Below are positions 42,841-53,861 of a stretch of DNA of 64,000 nt, piece by piece. Under the pieces are notes generated by a model that did no database searches, had not been told where the DNA came from, and saw only the letters and a program-made list of their open reading frames with translations. The stretch's first letter is position 1. Each line of letters opens with the position of its first letter. Origin of the DNA: Escherichia coli (GTDB lineage: Bacteria > Pseudomonadota > Gammaproteobacteria > Enterobacterales > Enterobacteriaceae); assembly GCF_965641715.1 (NCBI RefSeq), contig NZ_OZ282453.1, one strand, 5' to 3'. The position numbers and the translations under genes are program-made.

Positions 42841-43929
42841 ATGGAGAGGATTGTCGTTACTCTCGGGGAACGTAGTTACCCAATTACCATCGCATCTGGT
42901 TTGTTTAATGAACCAGCTTCATTCTTACCGCTGAAATCGGGCGAGCAGGTCATGTTGGTCACCAACGAAACCCTGGCTCCTCTGTATCTCGATAAGGTCC
43001 GCGGCGTACTTGAACAGGCGGGTGTTAACGTCGATAGCGTTATCCTTCCTGACGGCGAGCAGTATAAAAGCCTGGCTGTACTCGATACCGTCTTTACGGC
43101 GTTGTTACAAAAGCCGCATGGTCGCGATACTACGCTGGTGGCGCTTGGCGGCGGCGTAGTGGGCGATCTGACCGGCTTCGCGGCGGCGAGTTATCAGCGC
43201 GGTGTTCGTTTCATTCAAGTCCCGACGACGTTACTGTCGCAGGTCGATTCCTCCGTTGGCGGCAAAACTGCGGTCAACCATCCCCTCGGTAAAAACATGA
43301 TTGGCGCGTTCTACCAGCCTGCTTCAGTGGTGGTGGATCTCGACTGTCTGAAAACGCTTCCCCCGCGTGAGTTAGCGTCGGGGCTGGCAGAAGTCATCAA
43401 ATACGGCATTATTCTTGACGGTGCGTTTTTTAACTGGCTGGAAGAGAATCTGGATGCGTTGTTGCGTCTGGACGGTCCGGCAATGGCGTACTGTATTCGC
43501 CGTTGTTGTGAACTGAAGGCAGAAGTTGTCGCCGCCGACGAGCGCGAAACCGGGTTACGTGCTTTACTGAATCTGGGACACACCTTTGGTCATGCCATTG
43601 AAGCTGAAATGGGGTATGGCAATTGGTTACATGGTGAAGCGGTCGCTGCGGGTATGGTGATGGCGGCGCGGACGTCGGAACGTCTCGGGCAGTTTAGTTC
43701 TGCCGAAACGCAGCGTATTATAACTCTGCTCACGCGGGCTGGGTTACCGGTCAATGGGCCGCGCGAAATGTCCGCGCAGGCGTATTTACCGCATATGCTG
43801 CGTGACAAGAAAGTCCTTGCGGGAGAGATGCGCTTAATTCTTCCGTTGGCAATTGGTAAGAGTGAAGTTCGCAGCGGCGTTTCGCACGAGCTTGTTCTTA
43901 ACGCCATTGCCGATTGTCAATCAGCGTAA
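42841..43929 (+). CDS. aroB: 3-dehydroquinate synthase AroB (362 aa)
   Basis: [25 protein letters not shown]...; NAD-binding [14 protein letters not shown] motif. Confidence 0.96.
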
Positions 43930-44020
43930 CAACAAGAAAGGTCAGGCCGCTTATCAAGCGGTCTATTAGCTTCAGGTTAATTGCAACGTGGTAAGCATTA
44001 ACCTTTTAGTGGGGTGTTAA

Positions 44021-45307
44021 ATGGATGAATTCAAACCAGAAGACGAGCTGAAACCCGATCCCAGCGATCGTCGTACTGGTCGTTCTCGTCAATCTTCTGA
44101 ACGTTCTGAGCGTACTGAACGTGGCGAACCGCAGATCAATTTTGATGATATTGAACTTGATGACACTGACGATCGCCGTCCGACTCGTGCGCAAAAAGAG
44201 CGCAATGAGGAACCGGAAATCGAAGAAGAAATTGACGAATCCGAAGATGAAACCGTGGATGAAGAGCGCGTAGAGCGTCGTCCGCGTAAGCGCAAAAAAG
44301 CAGCCAGTAAACCCGCTTCTCGTCAGTATATGATGATGGGCGTCGGCATTCTGGTTCTACTGCTGTTGATCATCGGTATCGGTTCTGCGCTAAAAGCCCC
44401 CTCGACCACTTCCAGCGATCAAACCGCGTCTGGCGAGAAGAGTATTGATCTTGCTGGCAATGCGACCGATCAGGCGAATGGCGTGCAGCCAGCGCCGGGA
44501 ACCACGTCTGCGGAAAATACTCAGCAGGATGTTTCTCTGCCACCGATCTCTTCTACGCCGACTCAAGGGCAAACCCCGGTGGCAACGGATGGTCAACAAC
44601 GTGTTGAAGTGCAGGGTGACCTGAACAATGCGCTGACCCAGCCACAAAATCAGCAACAGTTGAACAATGTGGCGGTCAATTCTACATTGCCGACTGAACC
44701 CGCAACTGTCGCGCCAGTACGCAATGGCAATGCATCGCGTGACACGGCGAAAACGCAAACTGCTGAACGTCCGGCCACTACGCGTCCAGCTCGTCAGCAG
44801 GCGGTGATTGAACCGAAAAAACCGCAAGCAACCGTGAAAACGGAACCGAAGCCGGTAGCACAGACACCGAAGCGTACTGAACCAGCTGCTCCTGTGGCGA
44901 GCACGAAGGCACCGGCTGCGACTTCTACGCCAGCACCAAAAGAGACGGCGACTACGGCTCCAGTACAAACGGCATCCCCGGCGCAAACCACGGCAACACC
45001 AGCCGCTGGAGGGAAGACCGCAGGTAATGTGGGTTCGTTGAAATCGGCACCGTCCAGCCATTACACTCTGCAGCTGAGCAGTTCCTCTAACTACGACAAC
45101 CTGAACGGTTGGGCGAAGAAAGAGAATCTGAAAAACTACGTTGTCTATGAAACGACGCGTAATGGTCAGCCGTGGTATGTCCTGGTTTCTGGCGTGTACG
45201 CTTCGAAAGAAGAGGCGAAAAAAGCGGTATCTACATTGCCTGCAGATGTCCAGGCCAAAAACCCATGGGCGAAACCGCTGCGTCAGGTACAGGCCGATCT
45301 GAAGTAA
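44021..45307 (+). CDS. damX: Cell-division protein DamX (428 aa; low-complexity linker plus C-terminal SPOR domain)
   Basis: Acidic N-terminus, single TM ([17 protein letters not shown]), long Pro/Thr/Ala/Gln-rich linker, conserved C-terminal domain (..[24 protein letters not shown]..). Confidence 0.93.
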   Translation: MDEFKPEDELKPDPSDRRTGRSRQSSERSERTERGEPQINFDDIELDDTDDRRPTRAQKERNEEPEIEEEIDESEDETVDEERVERRPRKRKKAASKPASRQYMMMGVGILVLLLLIIGIGSALKAPSTTSSDQTASGEKSIDLAGNATDQANGVQPAPGTTSAENTQQDVSLPPISSTPTQGQTPVATDGQQRVEVQGDLNNALTQPQNQQQLNNVAVNSTLPTEPATVAPVRNGNASRDTAKTQTAERPATTRPARQQAVIEPKKPQATVKTEPKPVAQTPKRTEPAAPVASTKAPAATSTPAPKETATTAPVQTASPAQTTATPAAGGKTAGNVGSLKSAPSSHYTLQLSSSSNYDNLNGWAKKENLKNYVVYETTRNGQPWYVLVSGVYASKEEAKKAVSTLPADVQAKNPWAKPLRQVQADLK

Positions 45308-45413
45308 TCAAGGTTATCTCCCGCAATGGTTTATCGTTGCGGGAGTTGCCTGAAGCGCTGGATGCTGTCGGAGCTTTCTCCACAGCCGGAGAAGGTGTAA
45401 TTAGTTAGTCAGC

Positions 45414-46250
45414 ATGAAGAAAAATCGCGCTTTTTTGAAGTGGGCAGGGGGCAAGTATCCCCTGCTTGATGATATTAAACGGCATTTGCCCAAGGGCGAA
45501 TGTCTGGTTGAGCCTTTTGTAGGTGCCGGGTCGGTGTTTCTCAACACCGACTTTTCTCGTTATATCCTTGCCGATATCAATAGCGACCTGATCAGTCTCT
45601 ATAACATTGTGAAGATGCGTACTGATGAGTACGTACAGGCCGCACGCGAGCTGTTTGTTCCCGAAACAAATTGCGCCGAGGTTTACTATCAGTTCCGCGA
45701 AGAGTTCAACAAAAGCCAGGATCCGTTCCGTCGGGCGGTACTGTTTTTATATTTGAACCGCTACGGTTACAACGGCCTGTGTCGTTACAATCTGCGCGGT
45801 GAGTTTAACGTGCCGTTCGGCCGCTATAAAAAACCCTATTTCCCGGAAGCAGAGTTGTATCACTTCGCTGAAAAAGCGCAGAATGCCTTTTTCTATTGTG
45901 AGTCTTACGCCGATAGCATGGCGCGCGCAGATGATGCATCCGTCGTCTATTGCGATCCGCCTTATGCACCGCTGTCTGCGACCGCCAACTTTACGGCGTA
46001 TCACACAAACAGTTTTACGCTTGAACAACAAGCGCATCTGGCGGAGATCGCCGAAGGTCTGGTTGATCGCCATATTCCAGTGCTGATCTCCAATCACGAT
46101 ACGATGTTAACGCGTGAGTGGTATCAGCGCGCAAAATTGCATGTCGTCAAAGTTCGACGCAGTATAAGCAGCAACGGCGGCACACGTAAAAAGGTGGACG
46201 AACTGCTGGCTTTGTACAAACCAGGAGTCGTTTCACCCGCGAAAAAATAA
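45414..46250 (+). CDS. dam: DNA adenine methyltransferase Dam (278 aa)
   Basis: [26 protein letters not shown] and catalytic DPPY motif (CDPPYAP). Confidence 0.97.
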   Translation: MKKNRAFLKWAGGKYPLLDDIKRHLPKGECLVEPFVGAGSVFLNTDFSRYILADINSDLISLYNIVKMRTDEYVQAARELFVPETNCAEVYYQFREEFNKSQDPFRRAVLFLYLNRYGYNGLCRYNLRGEFNVPFGRYKKPYFPEAELYHFAEKAQNAFFYCESYADSMARADDASVVYCDPPYAPLSATANFTAYHTNSFTLEQQAHLAEIAEGLVDRHIPVLISNHDTMLTREWYQRAKLHVVKVRRSISSNGGTRKKVDELLALYKPGVVSPAKK

Positions 46251-46267
46251 TTCTCAAGGAGAAGCGG

Positions 46268-46945
46268 ATGAAACAGTATTTGATTGCCCCCTCAATTCTG
46301 TCGGCTGATTTTGCCCGCCTGGGTGAAGATACCGCAAAAGCCCTGGCAGCTGGCGCTGATGTCGTGCATTTTGACGTCATGGATAACCACTACGTTCCCA
46401 ATCTGACGATTGGGCCAATGGTGCTGAAATCCTTGCGTAATTACGGCATTACCGCCCCTATCGACGTACACCTGATGGTGAAACCTGTCGATCGCATTGT
46501 GCCTGATTTCGCTGCCGCTGGTGCCAGCATCATTACCTTTCATCCAGAAGCCTCCGAGCATGTTGACCGCACGCTGCAACTGATTAAAGAAAATGGCTGT
46601 AAAGCGGGTCTGGTATTTAACCCGGCGACACCTCTGAGCTATCTGGATTACGTGATGGATAAGCTGGATGTGATCCTGCTGATGTCCGTCAATCCTGGTT
46701 TCGGCGGTCAGTCTTTCATTCCTCAAACACTGGATAAACTGCGCGAAGTACGTCGTCGTATCGACGAGTCTGGCTTTGACATTCGTCTGGAAGTGGACGG
46801 TGGCGTGAAGGTGAACAACATTGGCGAAATCGCCGCGGCGGGCGCGGATATGTTCGTTGCCGGTTCGGCAATCTTCGACCAGCCAGACTACAAAAAAGTC
46901 ATTGATGAAATGCGCAGTGAACTGGCAAAGGTAAGTCATGAGTAA
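46268..46945 (+). CDS. rpe: Ribulose-phosphate 3-epimerase Rpe (225 aa)
   Basis: [47 protein letters not shown]. Confidence 0.96.
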   Translation: MKQYLIAPSILSADFARLGEDTAKALAAGADVVHFDVMDNHYVPNLTIGPMVLKSLRNYGITAPIDVHLMVKPVDRIVPDFAAAGASIITFHPEASEHVDRTLQLIKENGCKAGLVFNPATPLSYLDYVMDKLDVILLMSVNPGFGGQSFIPQTLDKLREVRRRIDESGFDIRLEVDGGVKVNNIGEIAAAGADMFVAGSAIFDQPDYKKVIDEMRSELAKVSHE

Positions 46946-47696
46946 GTTTGAAGATATTCGCGGCGTCGCTTTTGATCTCGACGGTACGCTGGTGGACAGT
47001 GCTCCCGGTCTTGCTGCTGCGGTAGATATGGCGCTGTATGCGCTGGAGTTGCCCGTTGCAGGTGAAGAACGTGTTATTACCTGGATTGGTAACGGCGCAG
47101 ATGTTCTGATGGAGCGCGCATTGACCTGGGCGCGTCAGGAACGTGCGACTCTGCGTAAAACAATGGGTAAACCGCCCGTTGATGACGACATTCCGGCAGA
47201 AGAACAGGTACGTATTCTGCGTAAACTGTTCGATCGCTATTATGGCGAGGTTGCCGAAGAGGGGACGTTTTTGTTCCCGCACGTTGCCGATACGTTGGGC
47301 GCGTTGCAGGCTAAAGGCCTGCCGCTAGGCCTGGTCACCAACAAACCGACGCCGTTCGTCGCGCCGCTGCTCGAAGCCTTAGATATCGCCAAATACTTCA
47401 GCGTGGTGATTGGTGGTGATGATGTGCAAAACAAAAAACCGCATCCGGACCCGCTGTTACTGGTGGCTGAGCGGATGGGAATTGCCCCACAACAGATGCT
47501 GTTTGTTGGCGACTCACGCAATGATATTCAGGCAGCAAAAGCGGCAGGTTGTCCATCAGTTGGCTTAACCTACGGATATAACTACGGCGAGGCTATCGAT
47601 CTCAGCCAGCCTGATGTAATTTATCAGTCTATAAATGACCTTCTGCCCGCATTAGGGCTTCCGCATAGCGAAAATCAGGAATCGAAAAATGACTAA
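46938..47696 (+). CDS. gph: Phosphoglycolate phosphatase Gph (252 aa), HAD family
   Basis: [13 protein letters not shown] motif I; start overlaps the rpe stop (ATGAGTAA). Confidence 0.95.
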   Translation: MSKFEDIRGVAFDLDGTLVDSAPGLAAAVDMALYALELPVAGEERVITWIGNGADVLMERALTWARQERATLRKTMGKPPVDDDIPAEEQVRILRKLFDRYYGEVAEEGTFLFPHVADTLGALQAKGLPLGLVTNKPTPFVAPLLEALDIAKYFSVVIGGDDVQNKKPHPDPLLLVAERMGIAPQQMLFVGDSRNDIQAAKAAGCPSVGLTYGYNYGEAIDLSQPDVIYQSINDLLPALGLPHSENQESKND

Positions 47697-48693
47697 GCCC
47701 ATCGTTTTTAGTGGCGCACAGCCCTCAGGTGAATTGACCATTGGTAACTACATGGGTGCGCTGCGTCAGTGGGTAAACATGCAGGATGACTACCATTGCA
47801 TTTACTGTATCGTTGACCAACACGCGATCACCGTGCGCCAGGATGCACAGAAGCTGCGTAAAGCGACGCTGGATACGCTGGCCTTGTATCTGGCTTGTGG
47901 TATCGATCCTGAGAAAAGCACCATTTTTGTTCAGTCCCACGTACCGGAACATGCGCAGTTAGGCTGGGCACTGAACTGCTATACCTACTTCGGCGAACTG
48001 AGCCGCATGACGCAGTTTAAAGATAAATCTGCGCGTTATGCCGAGAACATCAACGCTGGTCTGTTTGACTATCCGGTGCTGATGGCTGCGGACATCCTGC
48101 TGTATCAAACTAATCTGGTACCGGTGGGTGAAGACCAGAAACAGCACCTCGAACTGAGCCGCGATATCGCCCAGCGTTTCAACGCGCTGTACGGCGATAT
48201 CTTTAAGGTGCCGGAGCCGTTTATTCCGAAATCTGGCGCGCGCGTAATGTCGCTGCTGGAGCCGACCAAGAAGATGTCCAAGTCTGACGATAACCGCAAT
48301 AACGTTATTGGCCTGCTGGAAGATCCGAAATCGGTAGTGAAGAAAATCAAACGCGCGGTCACTGATTCCGACGAGCCGCCGGTAGTTCGCTACGATGTGC
48401 AGAACAAAGCGGGCGTTTCCAACCTGCTGGATATCCTTTCTGCAGTAACGGGCCAGAGCATCCCAGAACTGGAAAAACAGTTCGAAGGCAAGATGTATGG
48501 TCATCTGAAAGGCGAAGTGGCTGATGCCGTTTCCGGTATGCTGACTGAATTGCAGGAACGTTACCACCGTTTCCGCAACGATGAAGCCTTCCTGCAACAG
48601 GTGATGAAAGACGGCGCAGAAAAAGCCAGCGCGCACGCTTCCCGTACGCTAAAAGCGGTGTACGAAGCGATTGGTTTTGTGGCGAAGCCGTAA
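47689..48693 (+). CDS. trpS: Tryptophanyl-tRNA synthetase TrpS (334 aa)
   Basis: Class-I signature motifs ([12 protein letters not shown]-like and KMSKS); start overlaps the gph stop (ATGACTAA). Confidence 0.97.
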   Translation: MTKPIVFSGAQPSGELTIGNYMGALRQWVNMQDDYHCIYCIVDQHAITVRQDAQKLRKATLDTLALYLACGIDPEKSTIFVQSHVPEHAQLGWALNCYTYFGELSRMTQFKDKSARYAENINAGLFDYPVLMAADILLYQTNLVPVGEDQKQHLELSRDIAQRFNALYGDIFKVPEPFIPKSGARVMSLLEPTKKMSKSDDNRNNVIGLLEDPKSVVKKIKRAVTDSDEPPVVRYDVQNKAGVSNLLDILSAVTGQSIPELEKQFEGKMYGHLKGEVADAVSGMLTELQERYHRFRNDEAFLQQVMKDGAEKASAHASRTLKAVYEAIGFVAKP

Positions 48694-48708
48694 TTTAACA
48701 TTAATGCC

Positions 48709-48736
48709 AAAAACCGGGGAAACCCGGTTTTTTTAT
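48709..48736 (+). terminator. Rho-independent terminator of the aroK-to-trpS transcription unit
   Basis: ccggggaaacccgg hairpin (48714-48727) followed by TTTTTTT (48728-48734), 16 bp after the trpS stop. Confidence 0.85.
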
Positions 48737-48802
48737 CCTCATTTGCAATAATCCGAAAAAATGTGAAGCGCCTCGCCGTTTCCACATCTCACAGTTGCCA
48801 CT

Positions 48803-48845
48803 TATCTTCATTTTAATGAAGATATAAACATTCATTTTATTGAAA
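48803..48845. promoter_or_regulatory. Tandem palindromic operator-like motifs immediately upstream of yhfZ
   Basis: Perfect 10-bp inverted repeat TATCTTCATT-tt-AATGAAGATA (48803-48824), then a second near-copy of the core TTCATTTTA(A/T)TGAA. The whole array ends 8 bp before the yhfZ ATG. Confidence 0.45.
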
Positions 48846-48852
48846 ATATATT

Positions 48853-49758
48853 ATGCGTCGAACGTTTATCAAAAAAGAAGGCGTCGTTATCACGACGCTG
48901 GCCCGTTATTTGTTGGGTGAAAAATGCGGTAATAGGTTGAAAACCATAGATGAGCTGGCAACTGAATGCCGTTCATCCGTTGGCCTGACGCAGGCCGCGT
49001 TGAAAACGCTGGAATCAAGCGGAGCGATACGGATTGAACGCCGTGGGCGCAATGGCAGTTATCTGGTCGAGATGGATAACAAAGCATTGCTGAGTCATGT
49101 GGATATCAACAACGTGGTATGTGCGATGCCTTTGCCCTATACCCGCTTGTACGAAGGTTTAGCGAGCGGATTGAAAGCCCAGTTTGATGGCATTCCTTTT
49201 TACTATGCGCATATGCGCGGCGCGGATATTCGCGTGGAGTGTTTACTTAACGGCGTGTATGACATGGCGGTGGTTTCCCGACTGGCGGCGGAAAGTTATC
49301 TCACGCAAAAAGGGTTATGCCTCGCGCTGGAGTTGGGGCCGCACACCTACGTTGGCGAGCACCAGTTGATTTGCCGTAAAGGCGAGTCCGCAAACGTGAA
49401 GCGTGTGGGGCTGGATAACCGTTCGGCGGATCAGAAAATCATGACCGATGTTTTTTTTGGCGGTAGTGATGTGGAACGAGTCGATCTCTCTTATCACGAG
49501 AGTTTACAACGCATTGTTAAAGGCGATGTTGATGCGGTTATCTGGAACGTGGTGGCGGAAAACGAACTGACCATGCTGGGATTAGAGGCGACGCCGCTCA
49601 CAGACGATCCGCGATTTTTACAGGCCACCGAAGCCGTGGTCCTGACGCGAGTCGATGATTACCCAATGCAACAACTGCTGCGTGCCGTTGTAGATAAACA
49701 CGCCCTGCTCGCCCATCAACAACGGGTGGTGAGTGGGGAACAGGAACCGAGTTATTAA
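48853..49758 (+). CDS. yhfZ: Putative transcriptional regulator YhfZ (301 aa; N-terminal winged-HTH-like region, C-terminal ligand-binding domain)
   Basis: ORF begins MRRTFIKKEGVVITTLARYLLGEKCGNRLKTIDELATECRSSVGLTQAALKTLESSGAIRIERRGRNGSYLV. Confidence 0.85.
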   Translation: MRRTFIKKEGVVITTLARYLLGEKCGNRLKTIDELATECRSSVGLTQAALKTLESSGAIRIERRGRNGSYLVEMDNKALLSHVDINNVVCAMPLPYTRLYEGLASGLKAQFDGIPFYYAHMRGADIRVECLLNGVYDMAVVSRLAAESYLTQKGLCLALELGPHTYVGEHQLICRKGESANVKRVGLDNRSADQKIMTDVFFGGSDVERVDLSYHESLQRIVKGDVDAVIWNVVAENELTMLGLEATPLTDDPRFLQATEAVVLTRVDDYPMQQLLRAVVDKHALLAHQQRVVSGEQEPSY

Positions 49759-49774
49759 ACGAAAGGCATCTGAT

Positions 49775-50137
49775 ATGGAAACCAGACTCAACCTGCTTTG
49801 CGATGCAGGCGTTATTGATAAGGACATCTGCAAAGGCATGATGCAGGTCGTCAAGGTACTGGAAACAGAGTGCCATCTGCCGGTGCGCAGTGAGCAAGGA
49901 ACGATGGCGATGACACATATGGCGAGTGCACTGATGCGCAGTCGCCGTGGTGAAGAAATTGAGCCACTGGATAACGAGTTGCTGGCAGAGCTGGCGCAAT
50001 CCAGCCACTGGCAAGCCGTTGTGCAATTGCATCAGGTGTTGTTGAAGGAATTCGCATTGGAAGTTAACCCGTGTGAAGAAGGCTATTTGCTGGCCAACCT
50101 TTATGGATTATGGATGGCTGCTAACGAAGAGGTTTGA
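49775..50137 (+). CDS. yhfY: PRD-domain-like protein YhfY (120 aa)
   Basis: Start METRLNLLCDAGVIDKDICKGMMQVVKVLETECHLPVR preceded by a GAAAGG Shine-Dalgarno. PRD assignment is from recalled annotation. Confidence 0.8.
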   Translation: METRLNLLCDAGVIDKDICKGMMQVVKVLETECHLPVRSEQGTMAMTHMASALMRSRRGEEIEPLDNELLAELAQSSHWQAVVQLHQVLLKEFALEVNPCEEGYLLANLYGLWMAANEEV

Positions 50138-50220
50138 AGCTCCCGACAAATCCACGTCGCACAACCTAAATATTCAAAAAAATGAATATTTAATTCAAGG
50201 AACAGAAACGAGGCAACAAG

Positions 50221-51384
50221 ATGTTTGTAGAAGCATTGAAACGCCAGAACCCGGCGCTGATTTCCGCCGCACTAAGCCTGTGGCAGCAGGGCAAGATCGC
50301 CCCGGACAGCTGGGTGATCGACGTGGATCAGATACTGGAAAACGGTAAGCGGCTGATTGAGACGGCGCGGCTTTACGGCATTGAACTGTATCTGATGACC
50401 AAACAATTCGGTCGTAACCCATGGCTGGCGGAAAAACTGCTGGCGTTGGGCTACAGCGGCATTGTGGCGGTGGATTACAAAGAGGCGCGAGTCATGCGCC
50501 GCGCTGGTTTGCCGGTGGCGCATCAGGGGCATCTGGTACAAATCCCTTGTCATCAGGTTGCTGACGCCGTTGAACAGGGCACCGACGTCATCACCGTGTT
50601 TACTCTCGACAAAGCGCGGGAAGTTTCTGCGGCGGCGGTGAAGGCCGGGCGAATCCAGTCTGTGCTGCTCAAAGTTTATAACGACGATGATTTTCTTTAT
50701 CCGGGGCAGGAGAGCGGTTTTGTACAGCATTCGCTGCACGAGGTGGTTGCTGAAATTAAGAAACTGCCGGGGCTGCATTTAGCCGGACTAACCCATTTCC
50801 CTTGCCTGCTTTGGGATGAGGCTGCCGGGAAAGTTTTGCCGACACCGAATCTTCACACGCTGATACAGGCTCGGGATCAACTGGCGAAATCTGGTATTGC
50901 GATTGAGCAACTGAACGCACCTTCTGCGACCAGCTGCACTTCGTTGCCATTGCTGGCGCAATACGGTGTGACTCATGCCGAACCCGGTCATGCGCTGACG
51001 GGCACTATTCCGGCAAACCAGCAGGGCGATCAGCCTGAACGTATCGCGATGCTCTGGTTAAGTGAAATCTCCCATCATTTCCGTGGCGACAGCTACTGCT
51101 ACGGCGGCGGTTACTACCGTCGTGGTCATGCGCAACATGCGCTGGTGTTTACGCCAGAAAATCAAAAGATTACTGAAACCAATCTCAAAACTGTGGATGA
51201 CAGCAGTATCGACTACACCCTGTCGCTGGCAGGCGAGTTTCCGGTAAGCAGTGCAGTGGTGCTCTGTTTCCGCACGCAGATTTTTGTCACCCGTAGCGAT
51301 GTGGTGCTGGTGTCCGGTATTCACCGTGGCGAACCGAAAATCGTTGGTCGTTATGACAGTCTCGGCAACCCTCTGGAGGCGTAA
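50221..51384 (+). CDS. yhfX: YhfX, putative PLP-dependent enzyme of the alanine-racemase-like fold (387 aa)
   Basis: MFVEALKRQNPALISAALSLWQQGKIAPDSWVIDVDQILENGKRLIETARLYGIELYLMTKQFGRN; fold assignment is recalled, not derived from the sequence. Confidence 0.85.
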   Translation: MFVEALKRQNPALISAALSLWQQGKIAPDSWVIDVDQILENGKRLIETARLYGIELYLMTKQFGRNPWLAEKLLALGYSGIVAVDYKEARVMRRAGLPVAHQGHLVQIPCHQVADAVEQGTDVITVFTLDKAREVSAAAVKAGRIQSVLLKVYNDDDFLYPGQESGFVQHSLHEVVAEIKKLPGLHLAGLTHFPCLLWDEAAGKVLPTPNLHTLIQARDQLAKSGIAIEQLNAPSATSCTSLPLLAQYGVTHAEPGHALTGTIPANQQGDQPERIAMLWLSEISHHFRGDSYCYGGGYYRRGHAQHALVFTPENQKITETNLKTVDDSSIDYTLSLAGEFPVSSAVVLCFRTQIFVTRSDVVLVSGIHRGEPKIVGRYDSLGNPLEA

Positions 51385-52611
51385 ATGGCGCGATTTGTGG
51401 TGTTAGTGATCGATAGCTTTGGCGTAGGGGCAATGAAAGATGTCACGTTGGTGCGTCCGCAGGATGCCGGGGCGAATACCTGTGGTCACATCCTGAGCCA
51501 GTTGCCGCATTTGCAGCTACCAACGCTAGAGAAGCTGGGGCTAATCAACGCATTGGGTTATGCGCCAGGCGATATGCAGCCGTCAGACTCCGCAACCTGG
51601 GGCGTGGCAGAGCTGCAACATGAAGGTGGCGATACCTTTATGGGGCATCAGGAAATTTTAGGCACGCGCCCGTTACCGCCGCTGCGGATGCCCTTTCGCG
51701 ATGTGATTGACCGTGTTGAGCAGGCATTAGTATCCGCCGGTTGGCAGGTGGAGCGCCGTGGCGATGAACTGCAATTTCTGTGGGTCAATCAGGCGGTTGC
51801 GATTGGCGATAATCTCGAGGCGGATTTAGGCCAAGTCTATAACATTACCGCCAATCTCTCTGTGATCTCTTTTGACGACGCAATCAAAATTGGTCGTATC
51901 GTGCGTGACCAGGTACAGGTCGGCCGGGTCATTACATTTGGCGGCCTGTTAACCGACAGTCAGCGTATTCTCGATGCCGCAGAAAGCAAAGAAGGGCGCT
52001 TTATTGGTATTAATGCGCCGCGTTCTGGCGCTTATGACAACGGTTTCCAGGTCGTGCATATGGGCTATGGCGTCGATGAAAAAGTGCAGGTGCCACAAAA
52101 ACTGTATGAAGCAGGCGTGCCAACCGTGCTGGTGGGTAAGGTGGCAGATATCGTCAACAATCCTTATGGCGTGAGCTGGCAAAATCTGGTGGATAGCCAG
52201 CGGATTATGGATATCACCCTCGACGAATTTATCACCCATCAGACAGCGTTTATTTGCACCAACATTCAGGAAACCGACCTCGCTGGTCACGCAGAAGACG
52301 TCGCACGTTATGCCGAACGTTTGCAGGTCGTTGACCGTAATCTTGCTCTCCTGGTTGAGGCGATGCAGCCAGATGACTGCCTGATCGTCATGGCTGATCA
52401 TGGTAACGACCCGACAATCGGTCACAGCCACCATACCCGCGAAGTCGTGCCGGTGCTGGTTTATCAGCAAGGCCTGGCTGCTACTCAGCTAGGTGTTCGC
52501 ACCACGCTTTCTGATGTGGGGGCTACCGTGTGTGAATTTTTCCGTGCGCCACCGCCACAAAATGGTCGCTCTTTTCTTTCCTCCCTCCGGTTTGCAGGAG
52601 ACACCCTATGA
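51385..52611 (+). CDS. yhfW: YhfW, phosphopentomutase-like metalloenzyme (408 aa)
   Basis: C-terminal metal-binding pattern [22 protein letters not shown] typical of the phosphopentomutase / alkaline-phosphatase superfamily. Stop overlaps the php start. Confidence 0.85.
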   Translation: MARFVVLVIDSFGVGAMKDVTLVRPQDAGANTCGHILSQLPHLQLPTLEKLGLINALGYAPGDMQPSDSATWGVAELQHEGGDTFMGHQEILGTRPLPPLRMPFRDVIDRVEQALVSAGWQVERRGDELQFLWVNQAVAIGDNLEADLGQVYNITANLSVISFDDAIKIGRIVRDQVQVGRVITFGGLLTDSQRILDAAESKEGRFIGINAPRSGAYDNGFQVVHMGYGVDEKVQVPQKLYEAGVPTVLVGKVADIVNNPYGVSWQNLVDSQRIMDITLDEFITHQTAFICTNIQETDLAGHAEDVARYAERLQVVDRNLALLVEAMQPDDCLIVMADHGNDPTIGHSHHTREVVPVLVYQQGLAATQLGVRTTLSDVGATVCEFFRAPPPQNGRSFLSSLRFAGDTL

Positions 52612-53486
52612 GTTTTGATCCGACGGGTTACACCCTCGCCCATGAGCATCTGCATATTGATCTCTCCGGCTTTAAAAACAACGTGGACTGCCGCCTTGAT
52701 CAGTATTCGTTCATTTGCCAGGAGATGAACGACCTGATGGCCCGGGGCGTGCGTAATGTGATTGAGATGACCAACCGTTACATGGGGCGCAATGCGCAAT
52801 TTATGCTCGATGTAATGCGCGAGACGGGGATCAACGTGGTGGCCTGTACCGGTTATTACCAGGACGCGTTTTTCCCGGAACATGTGGCGACCCGCAGCGT
52901 GCAGGAACTGGCGCAGGAGATGGTCGATGAAATTGAGCAGGGTATCGATGGCACGGAACTGAAAGCCGGGATCATCGCGGAGATCGGCTCCAGCGAAGGG
53001 AAGATTACGCCGCTGGAAGAGAAGGTATTTATTGCCGCCGCGCTGGCACATAACCAGACCGGACGCCCGATCTCCACGCATACGTCGTTCAGCACGATGG
53101 GGCTGGAGCAACTGGCTTTGTTGCAAGCCCACGGAGTTGATCTTTCGCGTGTCACCGTTGGTCACTGCGATCTGAAAGATAACCTCGACAACATTTTGAA
53201 GATGATCGATCTCGGCGCGTACGTGCAGTTCGACACCATTGGTAAGAACAGTTACTACCCGGACGAAAAGCGTATTGCGATGCTTCATGCGCTACGCGAC
53301 CGTGGGTTGCTGAACCGCGTCATGCTGTCGATGGATATTACGCGCCGCTCCCATTTAAAAGCCAACGGTGGTTATGGCTATGACTATTTACTAACCACCT
53401 TTATTCCGCAATTGCGCCAGTCAGGATTCAGTCAGGCCGATGTGGATGTGATGTTACGTGAAAATCCCTCTCAATTTTTCCAATAA
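52608..53486 (+). CDS. php: Phosphotriesterase-homology protein Php (292 aa), binuclear-metal amidohydrolase
   Basis: N-terminal HxH metal motif ([11 protein letters not shown]) and further His/Asp ligands (STHTS, VGHCD, SMDITRR). Confidence 0.9.
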   Translation: MSFDPTGYTLAHEHLHIDLSGFKNNVDCRLDQYSFICQEMNDLMARGVRNVIEMTNRYMGRNAQFMLDVMRETGINVVACTGYYQDAFFPEHVATRSVQELAQEMVDEIEQGIDGTELKAGIIAEIGSSEGKITPLEEKVFIAAALAHNQTGRPISTHTSFSTMGLEQLALLQAHGVDLSRVTVGHCDLKDNLDNILKMIDLGAYVQFDTIGKNSYYPDEKRIAMLHALRDRGLLNRVMLSMDITRRSHLKANGGYGYDYLLTTFIPQLRQSGFSQADVDVMLRENPSQFFQ

Positions 53487-53496
53487 GGACAGACTC

Positions 53497-53850
53497 ATGA
53501 AAAAGATTGGCGTTGCAGGCTTACAGCGTGAGCAGATTAAAAAAACTATTGAAGCGACGGCTCCTGGCTGTTTTGAAGTTTTCATTCACAACGACATGGA
53601 AGCGGCAATGAAGGTGAAATCCGGGCAACTGGATTATTACATCGGCGCGTGTAATACCGGTGCGGGCGCGGCATTGTCGATTGCCATCGCGGTGATTGGC
53701 TATAACAAAAGTTGCACCATTGCCAAACCAGGCATTAAAGCGAAAGACGAGCATATCGCCAAAATGATCGCTGAAGGAAAAGTGGCGTTTGGCCTTTCCG
53801 TTGAGCACGTCGAACACGCGATTCCGATGCTGATTAACCATCTGAAATAA
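53497..53850 (+). CDS. yhfU: YhfU (117 aa), small protein of unknown function
   Basis: Start at MKKIGVAGLQREQIKKTIEATAPGCFEVFIHNDMEAAMKVKSGQLDYYIGACNTGAGAAL. Confidence 0.8.
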   Translation: MKKIGVAGLQREQIKKTIEATAPGCFEVFIHNDMEAAMKVKSGQLDYYIGACNTGAGAALSIAIAVIGYNKSCTIAKPGIKAKDEHIAKMIAEGKVAFGLSVEHVEHAIPMLINHLK

Positions 53851-53861
53851 AAGGCACGACT

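Noticed and set aside
44300-45060. Low-complexity Pro/Thr/Ala/Gln-rich stretch and short nucleotide repeats inside damX
   Set aside because: This is the flexible linker of DamX between its TM segment and SPOR domain, not a tandem-repeat element, CRISPR array or contingency locus. Repeats are short and imperfect.
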